A DNA stretch of 38,758 bases from Christensenella sp. UBA1224 (GTDB lineage: Bacteria; Bacillota; Clostridia; Christensenellales; Aristaeellaceae). The notes beneath the pieces are model-generated. The model was not told where the DNA came from and searched no databases. It saw only the letters and a list, made by a program, of their open reading frames with translations. The stretch is taken from assembly GCA_002309235.1 (NCBI GenBank), contig DBXA01000185.1, positions 6,418-45,175 of the forward strand, written 5' to 3'. How positions within the stretch are numbered: position 1 is the stretch's first letter; each line of letters begins with the position of its first letter. Below, piece by piece: positions 8,342-16,643 of the stretch. Position numbers and translations under genes: made by a program.

Positions 8342-9436
8342 ATGAGACCGTTTGAGCGCATGAAACGGGGAATGGGTATCGGGGGATGGATGTCGAACAT
8401 CAAACGCGTTGCTTTCCTGCCGAGAGAGACAGCGTTTGATTTTACTGCCGGCGACCTGGAGCACATTCAGACATTCATTGCAAAGCGCGATATTCAAAAT
8501 ATCCGCTCTATGGGCATGGATCACATTCGCATTCCCTTTGATCAGGTCGTGATTGAGGAAGCGGCTGTACCAGGCTCATACCGGGAAGAAGTCCTATGCT
8601 GTCTTGACCGCACCATTGATTGGTGTATGGCAGAAGGATTGGACGTGGTGATCAACCTGCACCGCGCACTGGGCAATTACGCGAATTATAAAAATGAACC
8701 GAATATACTCGGCGATGGCTTTCTCCAGGCGCGTTTCATCAGGCTGTGGGAGATGCTGGAGAACAGGTATCACGATCTGGATATCGTTTTTGAACTGCTC
8801 AATGAAGTATACCGCGATGATCCGGAAGCATGGAATGTGCTGGCGGAGCGATGTGTTAAAGCGATCCGAGCAAAGAACCCTCTTCGCCGCATTATGATCG
8901 GCCCGGTAAAGTGGAACCGCCTTGACAGGCTCGGCGATCTCCGTTTGTATGATGACGATCATATCGGATATACGTTTCATTTTTATGAACCGCATACGTT
9001 TACCCATCAGCGTACTACTACAAGTGTCCTGCAGTATGCCTATAACCGCGAGATCCCGTATCCGGGAGACAGCTCGTATTATAGGGATTTTGCTCTTTTC
9101 TGCGGTGAGGATCCTTCAGGCTATGATGCCTGGCCTGCTGTCGGGAGGGATTATATCGAAAATGCGCTGCACAAGGCGGCAGTATTCAAGAAAGCCCATC
9201 CGGACAGGTTCCTTTGGCTGGGAGAATTCGGCACGATCCGCCATGCGCCGCTCAAATGCAGGGAGGCCTGGATGCGCGATGTCATTCGCTTCGCTGTCCG
9301 ATACGATATACCTTACAGTGTATGGAATTACCTTTCGACGCCTTATGATTGCAACAAGTTTTCGCTGGTTACGGATGACGAAAGGCGCATCGTAAGCCGC
9401 GAAATGCTCAGGATCATACAGGGTATAGTGGATTGA
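8342..9436 (+). CDS. Glycoside hydrolase family 5, CelC-like, cytoplasmic (paralogue 2)
   Basis: The ORF track starts at GTG 8333. I prefer ATG 8342 (MRPFERMKRG), 8 nt after TAGGGAG, which gives 364 aa like its siblings. Motifs: HIRIPF, INLHRALG, FELLNEV, FHFYEP, LGEFG, VWNY. Confidence 0.9.
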   Translation: MRPFERMKRGMGIGGWMSNIKRVAFLPRETAFDFTAGDLEHIQTFIAKRDIQNIRSMGMDHIRIPFDQVVIEEAAVPGSYREEVLCCLDRTIDWCMAEGLDVVINLHRALGNYANYKNEPNILGDGFLQARFIRLWEMLENRYHDLDIVFELLNEVYRDDPEAWNVLAERCVKAIRAKNPLRRIMIGPVKWNRLDRLGDLRLYDDDHIGYTFHFYEPHTFTHQRTTTSVLQYAYNREIPYPGDSSYYRDFALFCGEDPSGYDAWPAVGRDYIENALHKAAVFKKAHPDRFLWLGEFGTIRHAPLKCREAWMRDVIRFAVRYDIPYSVWNYLSTPYDCNKFSLVTDDERRIVSREMLRIIQGIVD

Positions 9437-9457
9437 CAGGGGAAGGGGGACAGGAAT

Positions 9458-10552
9458 GTGAAACCTTTTGAAAAACTGCATCGCGGTATGGGCGTAGGCG
9501 GATGGATGACAAACTATAAGCGCGTGCGCTTTCTTCCGGAAGAAAAAGCGTTCAACCTGTCGATCGGGGATAAAGAACATTTTGATCGTTACCTGACCCG
9601 CTGGGACATGCAGAATATCCGTTCCATGGGCATGGACCATATCCGTATCCCTTTTGACCAGGTAGTTGTGGAGGAATATAATAAGCCGTTTGCCTATCGG
9701 GAAGACATGCTGAAACTCCTGGACCGCGCCATTTGCTGGGCTGTCGATGAAGGTTTTGAGGTCATACTCAACCTGTGCAAAACCATCGGCTGCTATTGCG
9801 ATTTCGCGGAAAGGTCTGATCTCCTGGAAGATGATCTCCTCAAGGATCGCGTTGTAGCCATGTGGTCCATGCTGGAAGATCGCTACCATGATCAGGACAT
9901 CATTTTTGAGCTGCTTAACGAAGTGACTACGCAGGATGCAGCGGCCTGGAACATCCTTGCGGAACGCTGCGTAAAAACGATCCGGGAAAAGAATCCTGCC
10001 CGCCGTATCATCATAGGTTCCGCTTACTGGAACAGCCCGGACCGCCTTGCTGATCTGCAGTTGTACGATGACGACTGTATCGCCTACACGTTTCATTACT
10101 ACGGGCCGCATGCCTTCACACACCAGCGCACGACAATCGATGCAGTGCAATACGCCTATAACCGTGAGATCCCCTATCCGGGAGACAATTCGTATTACAA
10201 GGACTATGCCCGCTTCGCAGGAAGCGATCCCGCTGAATTTGATGCTTATCCCATTGTCGGCCGTTCGTATATTGAGCATGGACTGCGAGGCGCGGCACAG
10301 TTCCGTAAAGATCATCCGGGCAAGGTCCTGTGGTTCGGTGAATTCGGCACCATCCGCCATGCGAACATCGTCTGGCGTGAGAACTGGATGCGCGATGTGA
10401 TCCGCTTTGCCATCGAAAACGATATACCATACAGCGTGTGGAACTACCTTTCGACGCCTTATGACTGCAATCGCTTCTCACTGGTCACGGATGACGAAAG
10501 GCGCATCGTGAGTCCGGAGATGCTGCGCATCATACAGGGCAATACAGATTGA
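9458..10552 (+). CDS. Glycoside hydrolase family 5, CelC-like, cytoplasmic (paralogue 3; conserved His-His replaced by Cys-Lys)
   Basis: GTG start after GGGGGACAGGA, 364 aa. About 40 substitutions against paralogue 1 by my hand count. Keeps HIRIPF, FELLNEV, FHYYGP, FGEFG and VWNY, but reads LNLCKTIG (TGC AAA at 9776-9781) where the others have LNLHHAIG or NLHRALG. Confidence 0.85.
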   Translation: MKPFEKLHRGMGVGGWMTNYKRVRFLPEEKAFNLSIGDKEHFDRYLTRWDMQNIRSMGMDHIRIPFDQVVVEEYNKPFAYREDMLKLLDRAICWAVDEGFEVILNLCKTIGCYCDFAERSDLLEDDLLKDRVVAMWSMLEDRYHDQDIIFELLNEVTTQDAAAWNILAERCVKTIREKNPARRIIIGSAYWNSPDRLADLQLYDDDCIAYTFHYYGPHAFTHQRTTIDAVQYAYNREIPYPGDNSYYKDYARFAGSDPAEFDAYPIVGRSYIEHGLRGAAQFRKDHPGKVLWFGEFGTIRHANIVWRENWMRDVIRFAIENDIPYSVWNYLSTPYDCNRFSLVTDDERRIVSPEMLRIIQGNTD

Positions 10553-10593
10553 TATTGAGCTGCGTGAACGAAAAATGAAACGGAGGGGATGGC

Positions 10594-11691
10594 ATGAGCC
10601 CGTTTGAGAAAATACACAGAGGCATGGGTATTGCCGGGTGGATGACAAATTACAAGCGCATGCGTTTTGTGAAAGAGGAAGGGACGTTTGATCTTACTGT
10701 CGGTGACAGGGAACATATCGAACGCTACCTGACCCGCTGGGATATCCAGAACATCCGCTCCATGGGCATGGATCACATCCGTGTGCCGTTTGACCATGTT
10801 GTGCTTGAGGAATACGATAAGCCGTTCCGTTACCGTGAGGACATGTTTGCGCTGCTTGACCGCATGATCGGCTGGTGTCTGGACGAAGGATTAGAGGTAG
10901 TCCTCAATATGCATCATGCGATCGGCTGTTACTGTGATTTCAATGTGGGCGTGAAGCTGCTTGACAATGACCTGATGATGGAGCGGTTCCTCGCGATCTG
11001 GGATAAGATCGAAGACAGGTATCATGATCTGGATATCATATTCGAGCCTCTCAATGAGATCACGTCGCAGGAGGCTGAGCCCTGGAACGATCTTATGGCA
11101 AGGTATGTACAGATGATCCGGGCAAAGAACCCGACGCGCCGCATCATCATAGGTTCCCCGGGCATAAACCGCGTTTACCGGCTGAAGGATCTAAAGCTTT
11201 ATGAGGATGATGCCATAGGCTATACCTATCATTTCTATTTCCCGTATGCGTTCACGCACCAAAGGACAACGATCAACTCTGTAGAGTATGCCTACAACAG
11301 GGAAGTATCCTATCCCGGTCCTGTCGAAGTCTATAAGGATTACGCGGAGTATTCCAAAGGCGGTGATGGATCATCTTTTGAAGGGTTTGATACCGTCGGC
11401 AGGGAATACGTGGAACGCATTCTGCAGAGTGCAGCGGATTTCCGCGCAGCGCATCCGGAAAAGTTTCTCTGGATGGGTGAATTCGGTACTATCCGTCATG
11501 CGCCGCTCAGATGCCGGGAAAACTGGATGCGGGATGTGATCCGTTTTGCTATTGAGCACGGTATCGCATACAGCGTATGGAATTATCTTTCTACACCCTA
11601 TGACTGCAATAAGTTCTCTCTGGTGGATGACGATGATCGCCGTATCGTGAGCAGGGAGATGCTGAGGATCATACAGGGTCATGTGGACTGA
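10594..11691 (+). CDS. Glycoside hydrolase family 5, CelC-like, cytoplasmic (paralogue 4)
   Basis: 365 aa, GGAGGGG RBS. Motifs: HIRVPF, LNMHHAIG, EPLNEI, YHFYFP, MGEFG, VWNY. Confidence 0.9.
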   Translation: MSPFEKIHRGMGIAGWMTNYKRMRFVKEEGTFDLTVGDREHIERYLTRWDIQNIRSMGMDHIRVPFDHVVLEEYDKPFRYREDMFALLDRMIGWCLDEGLEVVLNMHHAIGCYCDFNVGVKLLDNDLMMERFLAIWDKIEDRYHDLDIIFEPLNEITSQEAEPWNDLMARYVQMIRAKNPTRRIIIGSPGINRVYRLKDLKLYEDDAIGYTYHFYFPYAFTHQRTTINSVEYAYNREVSYPGPVEVYKDYAEYSKGGDGSSFEGFDTVGREYVERILQSAADFRAAHPEKFLWMGEFGTIRHAPLRCRENWMRDVIRFAIEHGIAYSVWNYLSTPYDCNKFSLVDDDDRRIVSREMLRIIQGHVD

Positions 11692-11715
11692 GACGGAAAA
11701 GAGGGGGACAGGATC

Positions 11716-12810
11716 GTGAAGCCGTTTGAAAATATGCATCGGGGTATGGGGATAGGCGGCTGGCTGACAAACTTCAAACGCGTCGGGTTCATCCAGAAAG
11801 AAAAGGCGCTTGATCTGACGGTCGGAGACAAAGAACATTTTGAAAAGTATATCACACGCTGGGACATTCAGAACATCCGCTCTATGGGCATGGATCATAT
11901 CCGCATCCCATTTGACCAGGTCGTGATCGAGGAAGTTGGAAAACCAGGTGCTTATCGTGAGGAAACGCTCCGGCATCTTGACAGGGGTATCGAATGGAGC
12001 CTGGCTGAAGGTCTGGACGTGGTGATCAACCTGCACCGGGCGCTTGGCTGTTACAGTGAATTCGGTGATGGAGCGATGCTCCTGAATGACAGATCGATAC
12101 AGGATCGCCTTATCCGTATGTGGGAGATGCTGGAGGATCGCTATCATGGCCTGGATATTGCTTTTGAGCTTCTCAATGAGGTGTATTCAGATGAACCTGA
12201 GGCATGGAACAAACTCGCTGAACGGATCATAAAGGCACTGCGTGTGAAAAATCCAAAGCGCCGTGTCATCATAGGTCCTGTCTGCTGGAACAGTCCGGAC
12301 CGCCTTGCTCAGCTGCGCCTGTTCGATGATGTTTATGTGGGATATACTTTCCATTTCTATGAACCGCATACTTTCACGCATCAACGGACGACCATCAATC
12401 AGCAGCAGTATGCCTACAACCGTGAGATCCCGTATCCGGGAGACAGTTCATACTATAAGGATTTCGCTGTTTTTTGCGGAGGTGATCCGGAGGTATACAA
12501 AAAGTGGCCTGTTGTCGGACGGGAATTTGTGGAATACTCGATGCGCGGCGCGGCTGCGTTCAAGGCAGCTCATCCGGATAAATTCCTTTGGCTTGGTGAA
12601 TTCGGCAGCATACGACATGCGCGGCTTGCCTGGCGGGAGGCATGGATGCGGGATGTGATACGCTTTGCGATAGAGCATGATATCGCCTACAGTGCTTGGA
12701 ATTACCTTTCAACACCGTATGACTGCAATAAGTTTTCCTTGGTCACGGATGATGAAAGGCGTATTGTGAGCCGGGAAATGCTGCGGATCATACAGGGCAT
12801 AGCGGACTGA
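11716..12810 (+). CDS. Glycoside hydrolase family 5, CelC-like, cytoplasmic (paralogue 5)
   Basis: GTG start after GGGGGACAGGA, 364 aa. Motifs: HIRIPF, INLHRALG, FELLNEV, FHFYEP, LGEFG, AWNY. Confidence 0.9.
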   Translation: MKPFENMHRGMGIGGWLTNFKRVGFIQKEKALDLTVGDKEHFEKYITRWDIQNIRSMGMDHIRIPFDQVVIEEVGKPGAYREETLRHLDRGIEWSLAEGLDVVINLHRALGCYSEFGDGAMLLNDRSIQDRLIRMWEMLEDRYHGLDIAFELLNEVYSDEPEAWNKLAERIIKALRVKNPKRRVIIGPVCWNSPDRLAQLRLFDDVYVGYTFHFYEPHTFTHQRTTINQQQYAYNREIPYPGDSSYYKDFAVFCGGDPEVYKKWPVVGREFVEYSMRGAAAFKAAHPDKFLWLGEFGSIRHARLAWREAWMRDVIRFAIEHDIAYSAWNYLSTPYDCNKFSLVTDDERRIVSREMLRIIQGIAD

Positions 12811-12831
12811 CAGGTGAATGGAGGCGTGAAT

Positions 12832-13926
12832 GTGAAACCTTTTGAAAAGCTGCACCGGGGCATGGGTGTGGGTGGTTGGATGACGAACTACAAGCGCGTG
12901 CGGTTTCTGCCGCAGGATATGGCATACAACATCACTGTAGGTGACCGCGAGCATTTCGAGCGCTTTCTGACCGAGTGGGACATCCGGAATATACGCTCCA
13001 TGGGCATGGATCATATCCGCATTCCATTCGACCAGGTCGTGATCGAGGAATATGAGAAGCCGTTTCAATACCGTGAGGATATGCTCCTGCTGCTTGACAG
13101 AATGATCGGTTGGGCTCTGGATGCAGGATTTGAGGTCATTCTGAACATGCATCACGCAATAGGCTGTTATTGCGATTTCGCGGAAGCAGCTACTCTTACG
13201 GAGGATGAGCAGCTGAAACAGCGTTTCCTTCGGGCATGGGAGATGCTGGAAGATCGCTACCACGATCTGGATATCATCTTTGAGCCGCTCAATGAAGTGA
13301 CGACACCGGATGCAGAGGCCTGGAACATGCTGGCGGAGCGCTGCGTAAAAGCGATACGGGCGAAGAACCCGACACGCCGTATCATCATAGGCTCCACACA
13401 GATGAACCGTGTGGACCGCCTGCCGGAATTGAAACTGTATGACGATGAATATATCGCATATACCTTCCATTTTTATGGCCCGATGGTATTCACTCATCAG
13501 AGGAAAACGACCGGTGCTATGCTGTACGCTTACAACCGGGAAGTACCGTATCCCGGAGATAATTCGTACTATAAAGATTATGCTGTTTTTTCCGGGGCGG
13601 ATCCAGCAGAATTTGATCCTTATCCGATCGTCGGACGGGAATATGTGGAGCATTTGCTGCGATACGCGGTGGAATTCAAACAGGCGCATCCGGAGAAGGT
13701 CCTGTGGTTTGGAGAATTCGGTACGATTCGTCATGCCAATATCATCTGGCGCGAAAATTGGATGAGGGATGTGATTCGCTTCTCCATACAGCATGATATT
13801 CCTTACAGTGTGTGGAATTACCTTTCTACGCCTTACGACTGTAATAAGTTTTCGCTTGTTACGGATGATGAACGCCGCATCGTCAGCCCTGAGATGCTCA
13901 GGATCATACAGGGTGATGTGGATTGA
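12832..13926 (+). CDS. Glycoside hydrolase family 5, CelC-like, cytoplasmic (paralogue 6)
   Basis: The ORF track starts at 12814. I prefer GTG 12832 (VKPFEKLHRG), 7 nt after GGAGG, which gives 364 aa. Motifs: HIRIPF, LNMHHAIG, EPLNEV, FHFYGP, FGEFG, VWNY. Confidence 0.9.
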   Translation: MKPFEKLHRGMGVGGWMTNYKRVRFLPQDMAYNITVGDREHFERFLTEWDIRNIRSMGMDHIRIPFDQVVIEEYEKPFQYREDMLLLLDRMIGWALDAGFEVILNMHHAIGCYCDFAEAATLTEDEQLKQRFLRAWEMLEDRYHDLDIIFEPLNEVTTPDAEAWNMLAERCVKAIRAKNPTRRIIIGSTQMNRVDRLPELKLYDDEYIAYTFHFYGPMVFTHQRKTTGAMLYAYNREVPYPGDNSYYKDYAVFSGADPAEFDPYPIVGREYVEHLLRYAVEFKQAHPEKVLWFGEFGTIRHANIIWRENWMRDVIRFSIQHDIPYSVWNYLSTPYDCNKFSLVTDDERRIVSPEMLRIIQGDVD

Positions 13927-13946
13927 GATATAAGGAGATGGATAAC

Positions 13947-14954
13947 ATGGACAAACGCAGCTTTCCCATTGTAGGAATGATACTTGGCGACCATGCAGGG
14001 ATCGGGCCGGAGATCGCGGCTATGACACTTTCACAGCGCAGCGATATGAACTTCGCGCCTGTCCTGGCGGGCAGTCTGAAGCTTTTCCGGCGTGCTATGG
14101 CCCTGGTACCCGGCAGCGCGGAGAAGCTTGATATCGTGGATATCACACGAGATCCGTCTGTTGAAAAACAGCCAGGCAAGGTGTATTTCTATGATATACC
14201 GACTCGCGGAGATATTCCCTTCAGCCAGATCAATGCGGCCAGCGGACACCTGATATTTGACAGTATGCAGGCGATCATCCAAATGGAAAAAAAGGGACTG
14301 ATCGATGGCTTCGTCATGGGACCTATCACGAAACAAGCGCTTCATGCAGCGGGGCTCAACTATTCTTCAGAGTTTGAGATTTACAAGGAAGCGTACAATA
14401 CGCCGGTATGCCGTGCAGTTATCAAGGCAGGTGATATCTTCCGCTGCACTGTTGTAGGACATGTACGGTTTACTGAGATCGTTTCACACCTGACGCCGGA
14501 TGGCATTGTCGATACCGCGCATGCACTGCTCGGTGTTATAAGACGTTTCCATAAAGAGGGGAATATCCGTATAGCTGTAGCGGCGCTGAATCCGCATGCA
14601 GGGGAGGATGGACTGTTTGGAGATGAAGAGTCCACCATCATCCAGCCTGCGATCGATCGCTTGTTGGCGGAGGGAGTGGATGTCATTGGACCGAGCCCTG
14701 CGGATACCGTATATCGCCGGGCACAGACGGGAAAGGTGAATGGTATCGTTTACCTGTATCATGACCAGGGCAATATTGCCATGAAAGCCGCTTCGTTCGG
14801 CGATGGCGTCCTCATTTATACGGGTGTTCCGGCGCGTATCGTATCTGTGGGACATGGCGGGGCATTCGGTTCCGCAGGCAAGGGTACAGCCAGTCCGGCC
14901 AATCTCACGGCCAGCCTTGATACGCTGTTGGAAATGATCAGGGAGGAGATCTGA
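13947..14954 (+). CDS. PdxA-family NAD-dependent hydroxyacid(-phosphate) dehydrogenase (PdxA2-like), copy 1
   Basis: The ORF track starts at TTG 13923. ATG 13947 lies 9 nt after AAGGAG. GDHAGIGPEI, LNPHAGE and [11 protein letters not shown] match the conserved PdxA-family blocks (GxxxGIGPE, NPHAGE, YHDQG). Confidence 0.8.
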   Translation: MDKRSFPIVGMILGDHAGIGPEIAAMTLSQRSDMNFAPVLAGSLKLFRRAMALVPGSAEKLDIVDITRDPSVEKQPGKVYFYDIPTRGDIPFSQINAASGHLIFDSMQAIIQMEKKGLIDGFVMGPITKQALHAAGLNYSSEFEIYKEAYNTPVCRAVIKAGDIFRCTVVGHVRFTEIVSHLTPDGIVDTAHALLGVIRRFHKEGNIRIAVAALNPHAGEDGLFGDEESTIIQPAIDRLLAEGVDVIGPSPADTVYRRAQTGKVNGIVYLYHDQGNIAMKAASFGDGVLIYTGVPARIVSVGHGGAFGSAGKGTASPANLTASLDTLLEMIREEI

Positions 14955-14956
14955 GT

Positions 14957-15847
14957 ATGTATAAGCTTTCCGTAAAGCATGATCCTTATCTGAACATCCA
15001 TGTGGATTCCTATATCCTTAGGACCGATACGCACTGTGTATTCATTGACAGCGGCTTATATGGTCAGCACGAGCTTGTAGCTGAGGCTATGCAGGGCCGC
15101 GAAACGACGCTTCTGTGCACGCATGGTCACTGGGATCATATCGGCATGCACAAGACCATACAGGATATGGGGGGCCGTGTCCGGGCGAATATAGGTGACA
15201 AACCTTATTTTGAGGATCATGAATGGCACTGGAAAGAACTGTTCGGACAGTTTATGAATGACTGTACCATACCGCCTGCCAGGCGGGAGACCTATGTCGC
15301 GCGCGTCGGAAGCCCAATGGTGCCGGAATACGGGCTTGAAGATGGAGATATCCTTGACATAGGTGAAATGCGATTTCAGGTCATTGCCATACCCGGTCAC
15401 TCAAGGGGAAGCCTTGCTTTTCTCGAAATACATTCCGGAGCCCTGTTCACCGGGGATGGCTTGATCGGCAACGGTTTCTTTACCGGAACACCGCAGTATA
15501 TGAATGTGCCGGACTACTTGGCTTCAATGGAGAAACTTGCTCGTGTTTCATGCGAGACGGTTTATTCTGATCACGATCCCGTTATGCCCGGAAGCGGTCT
15601 TGCGGAGAAGGCACTTGCCGGGCGCGACTGCTGCCTGCGCATTGACAGAGTTGTGCGTGATCATGTGAAGCATCATGAAAAGGATGAAGACCTGTCACTC
15701 AATGAGATGATAGAAGCGGTCCATGCGGAAGAAGGCAGGGGTGTAGGAGCGGGCATGTGCGTGACGGTACTCGCTCACCTTGAAAATATCGAGGATCCGC
15801 CAAAATGTGTGGTCAAATGCCTGAACAGGTATATTCACGGGATTTGA
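14957..15847 (+). CDS. MBL-fold metallo-hydrolase
   Basis: 296 aa. THGHWDH (the HxHxDH zinc motif), then IPGHSRGS and a later DH, in the order typical of the metallo-beta-lactamase fold. Confidence 0.8.
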   Translation: MYKLSVKHDPYLNIHVDSYILRTDTHCVFIDSGLYGQHELVAEAMQGRETTLLCTHGHWDHIGMHKTIQDMGGRVRANIGDKPYFEDHEWHWKELFGQFMNDCTIPPARRETYVARVGSPMVPEYGLEDGDILDIGEMRFQVIAIPGHSRGSLAFLEIHSGALFTGDGLIGNGFFTGTPQYMNVPDYLASMEKLARVSCETVYSDHDPVMPGSGLAEKALAGRDCCLRIDRVVRDHVKHHEKDEDLSLNEMIEAVHAEEGRGVGAGMCVTVLAHLENIEDPPKCVVKCLNRYIHGI

Positions 15848-15861
15848 CGGAGGCGTTTGAT

Positions 15862-16626
15862 ATGTTTGATTTTACGGATAAAGTTGTTGTCGTGACAGGT
15901 GCTTCCGGTATCGGGATCGGACGTGAGATCGCCGGGCGCTTTTATCAGGCCGGTGCACACATTGCGATCTGCTCTCGTTCACAGGAGCGTATAGATGCGG
16001 CTGCGAGGGAAATAGCTGGGGAAAAAGCAGCAGATATCCTTGCAATGCAGGCAGATATGTCGTCCGTTGAGGAAATACGTGCCTTCATAGACACTGCGGC
16101 AGAAAGGTTTGGCAGGATCGATATCCTTATCAATAATGCGGGTGTGCAGTTTCCAAAACCATCGCTTGAAGTGACGGAGGAGGACTGGCAGCGTACGGAG
16201 GATACGAATCTGCGCGGGTATTTCTTCGCGGCACAGCGAGCGGCTATGTATATGATGCGATCCGGCGGAGGCGCTATTGTCAACATAGGCTCGGTCAATG
16301 CAGTAACAGTTGTACCCGGACAGGCTGTTTACGCGGCAACAAAGGCCGGTATTTCACAGATGACAAAGAGCCTTGCGCGGGAATGGGGCCGCAGCGGCAT
16401 ACGTGTGAACTGCGTAGGACCGGGTTCGATCCCCACACTGATAAATGCAGAGATATACAAGGATCCTGCGGTCGACCGCGCTATGTGCGAAAAGATACCC
16501 ATGGGCAGGAGGGGAACGACGCGCGAGATCGCGGATGCGACTCTTTACCTGGCAAGTGATTACGCGAGCTACATTACAGGACAGACATTGTTTGTGGATG
16601 GCGGGCTTACGCTGGTCCATGGATAA
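15862..16626 (+). CDS. SDR family oxidoreductase, copy 1
   Basis: Trimmed from 15805 to ATG 15862 (MFDFTDKVVVVTGASGIGIG), 5 nt after GGAGG. TGxxxGIG cofactor motif, NNAG, and YAATK (YxxxK). Confidence 0.85.
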   Translation: MFDFTDKVVVVTGASGIGIGREIAGRFYQAGAHIAICSRSQERIDAAAREIAGEKAADILAMQADMSSVEEIRAFIDTAAERFGRIDILINNAGVQFPKPSLEVTEEDWQRTEDTNLRGYFFAAQRAAMYMMRSGGGAIVNIGSVNAVTVVPGQAVYAATKAGISQMTKSLAREWGRSGIRVNCVGPGSIPTLINAEIYKDPAVDRAMCEKIPMGRRGTTREIADATLYLASDYASYITGQTLFVDGGLTLVHG

Positions 16627-16643
16627 ATAGAAGGAGGGTTTTT

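Larger units (their letters stand above)
7212..13926 (+). repeat. Tandem array of six diverged GH5 paralogues, period about 1.12 kb
   Basis: Starts at 7212, 8342, 9458, 10594, 11716 and 12832. All copies are 364-365 aa and share blocks such as NIRSMGMDHIRIPFDQVV, DRYHDLDI, THQRTT, YAYNREIPYPG, GEFGTIRHA, WMRDVIRFA, VWNYLSTPYDCN and RRIVS.EMLRIIQG. Confidence 0.95.

Noticed and set aside
9116-10360. Very long antisense ORFs across the GH5 array: 414 aa at 9116..10360, 361 aa at 12709..13794, 258 aa at 11371..12147, and 132-137 aa pieces at 7137 and 8594.
   Set aside because: They lie exactly opposite well-supported GH5 genes and lack RBSs. They translate to Arg/His/Ile-rich sequence with no recognisable motif, and they recur because the sense genes are paralogous. 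They are shadow ORFs.
7212-13926. The possibility that the six-fold GH5 repeat is an assembly or collapse artefact, or a very recent amplification.
   Set aside because: The copies differ at many synonymous and non-synonymous sites and have distinct spacers and start codons (ATG/GTG). An artefact or a recent amplification would give near-identical units.
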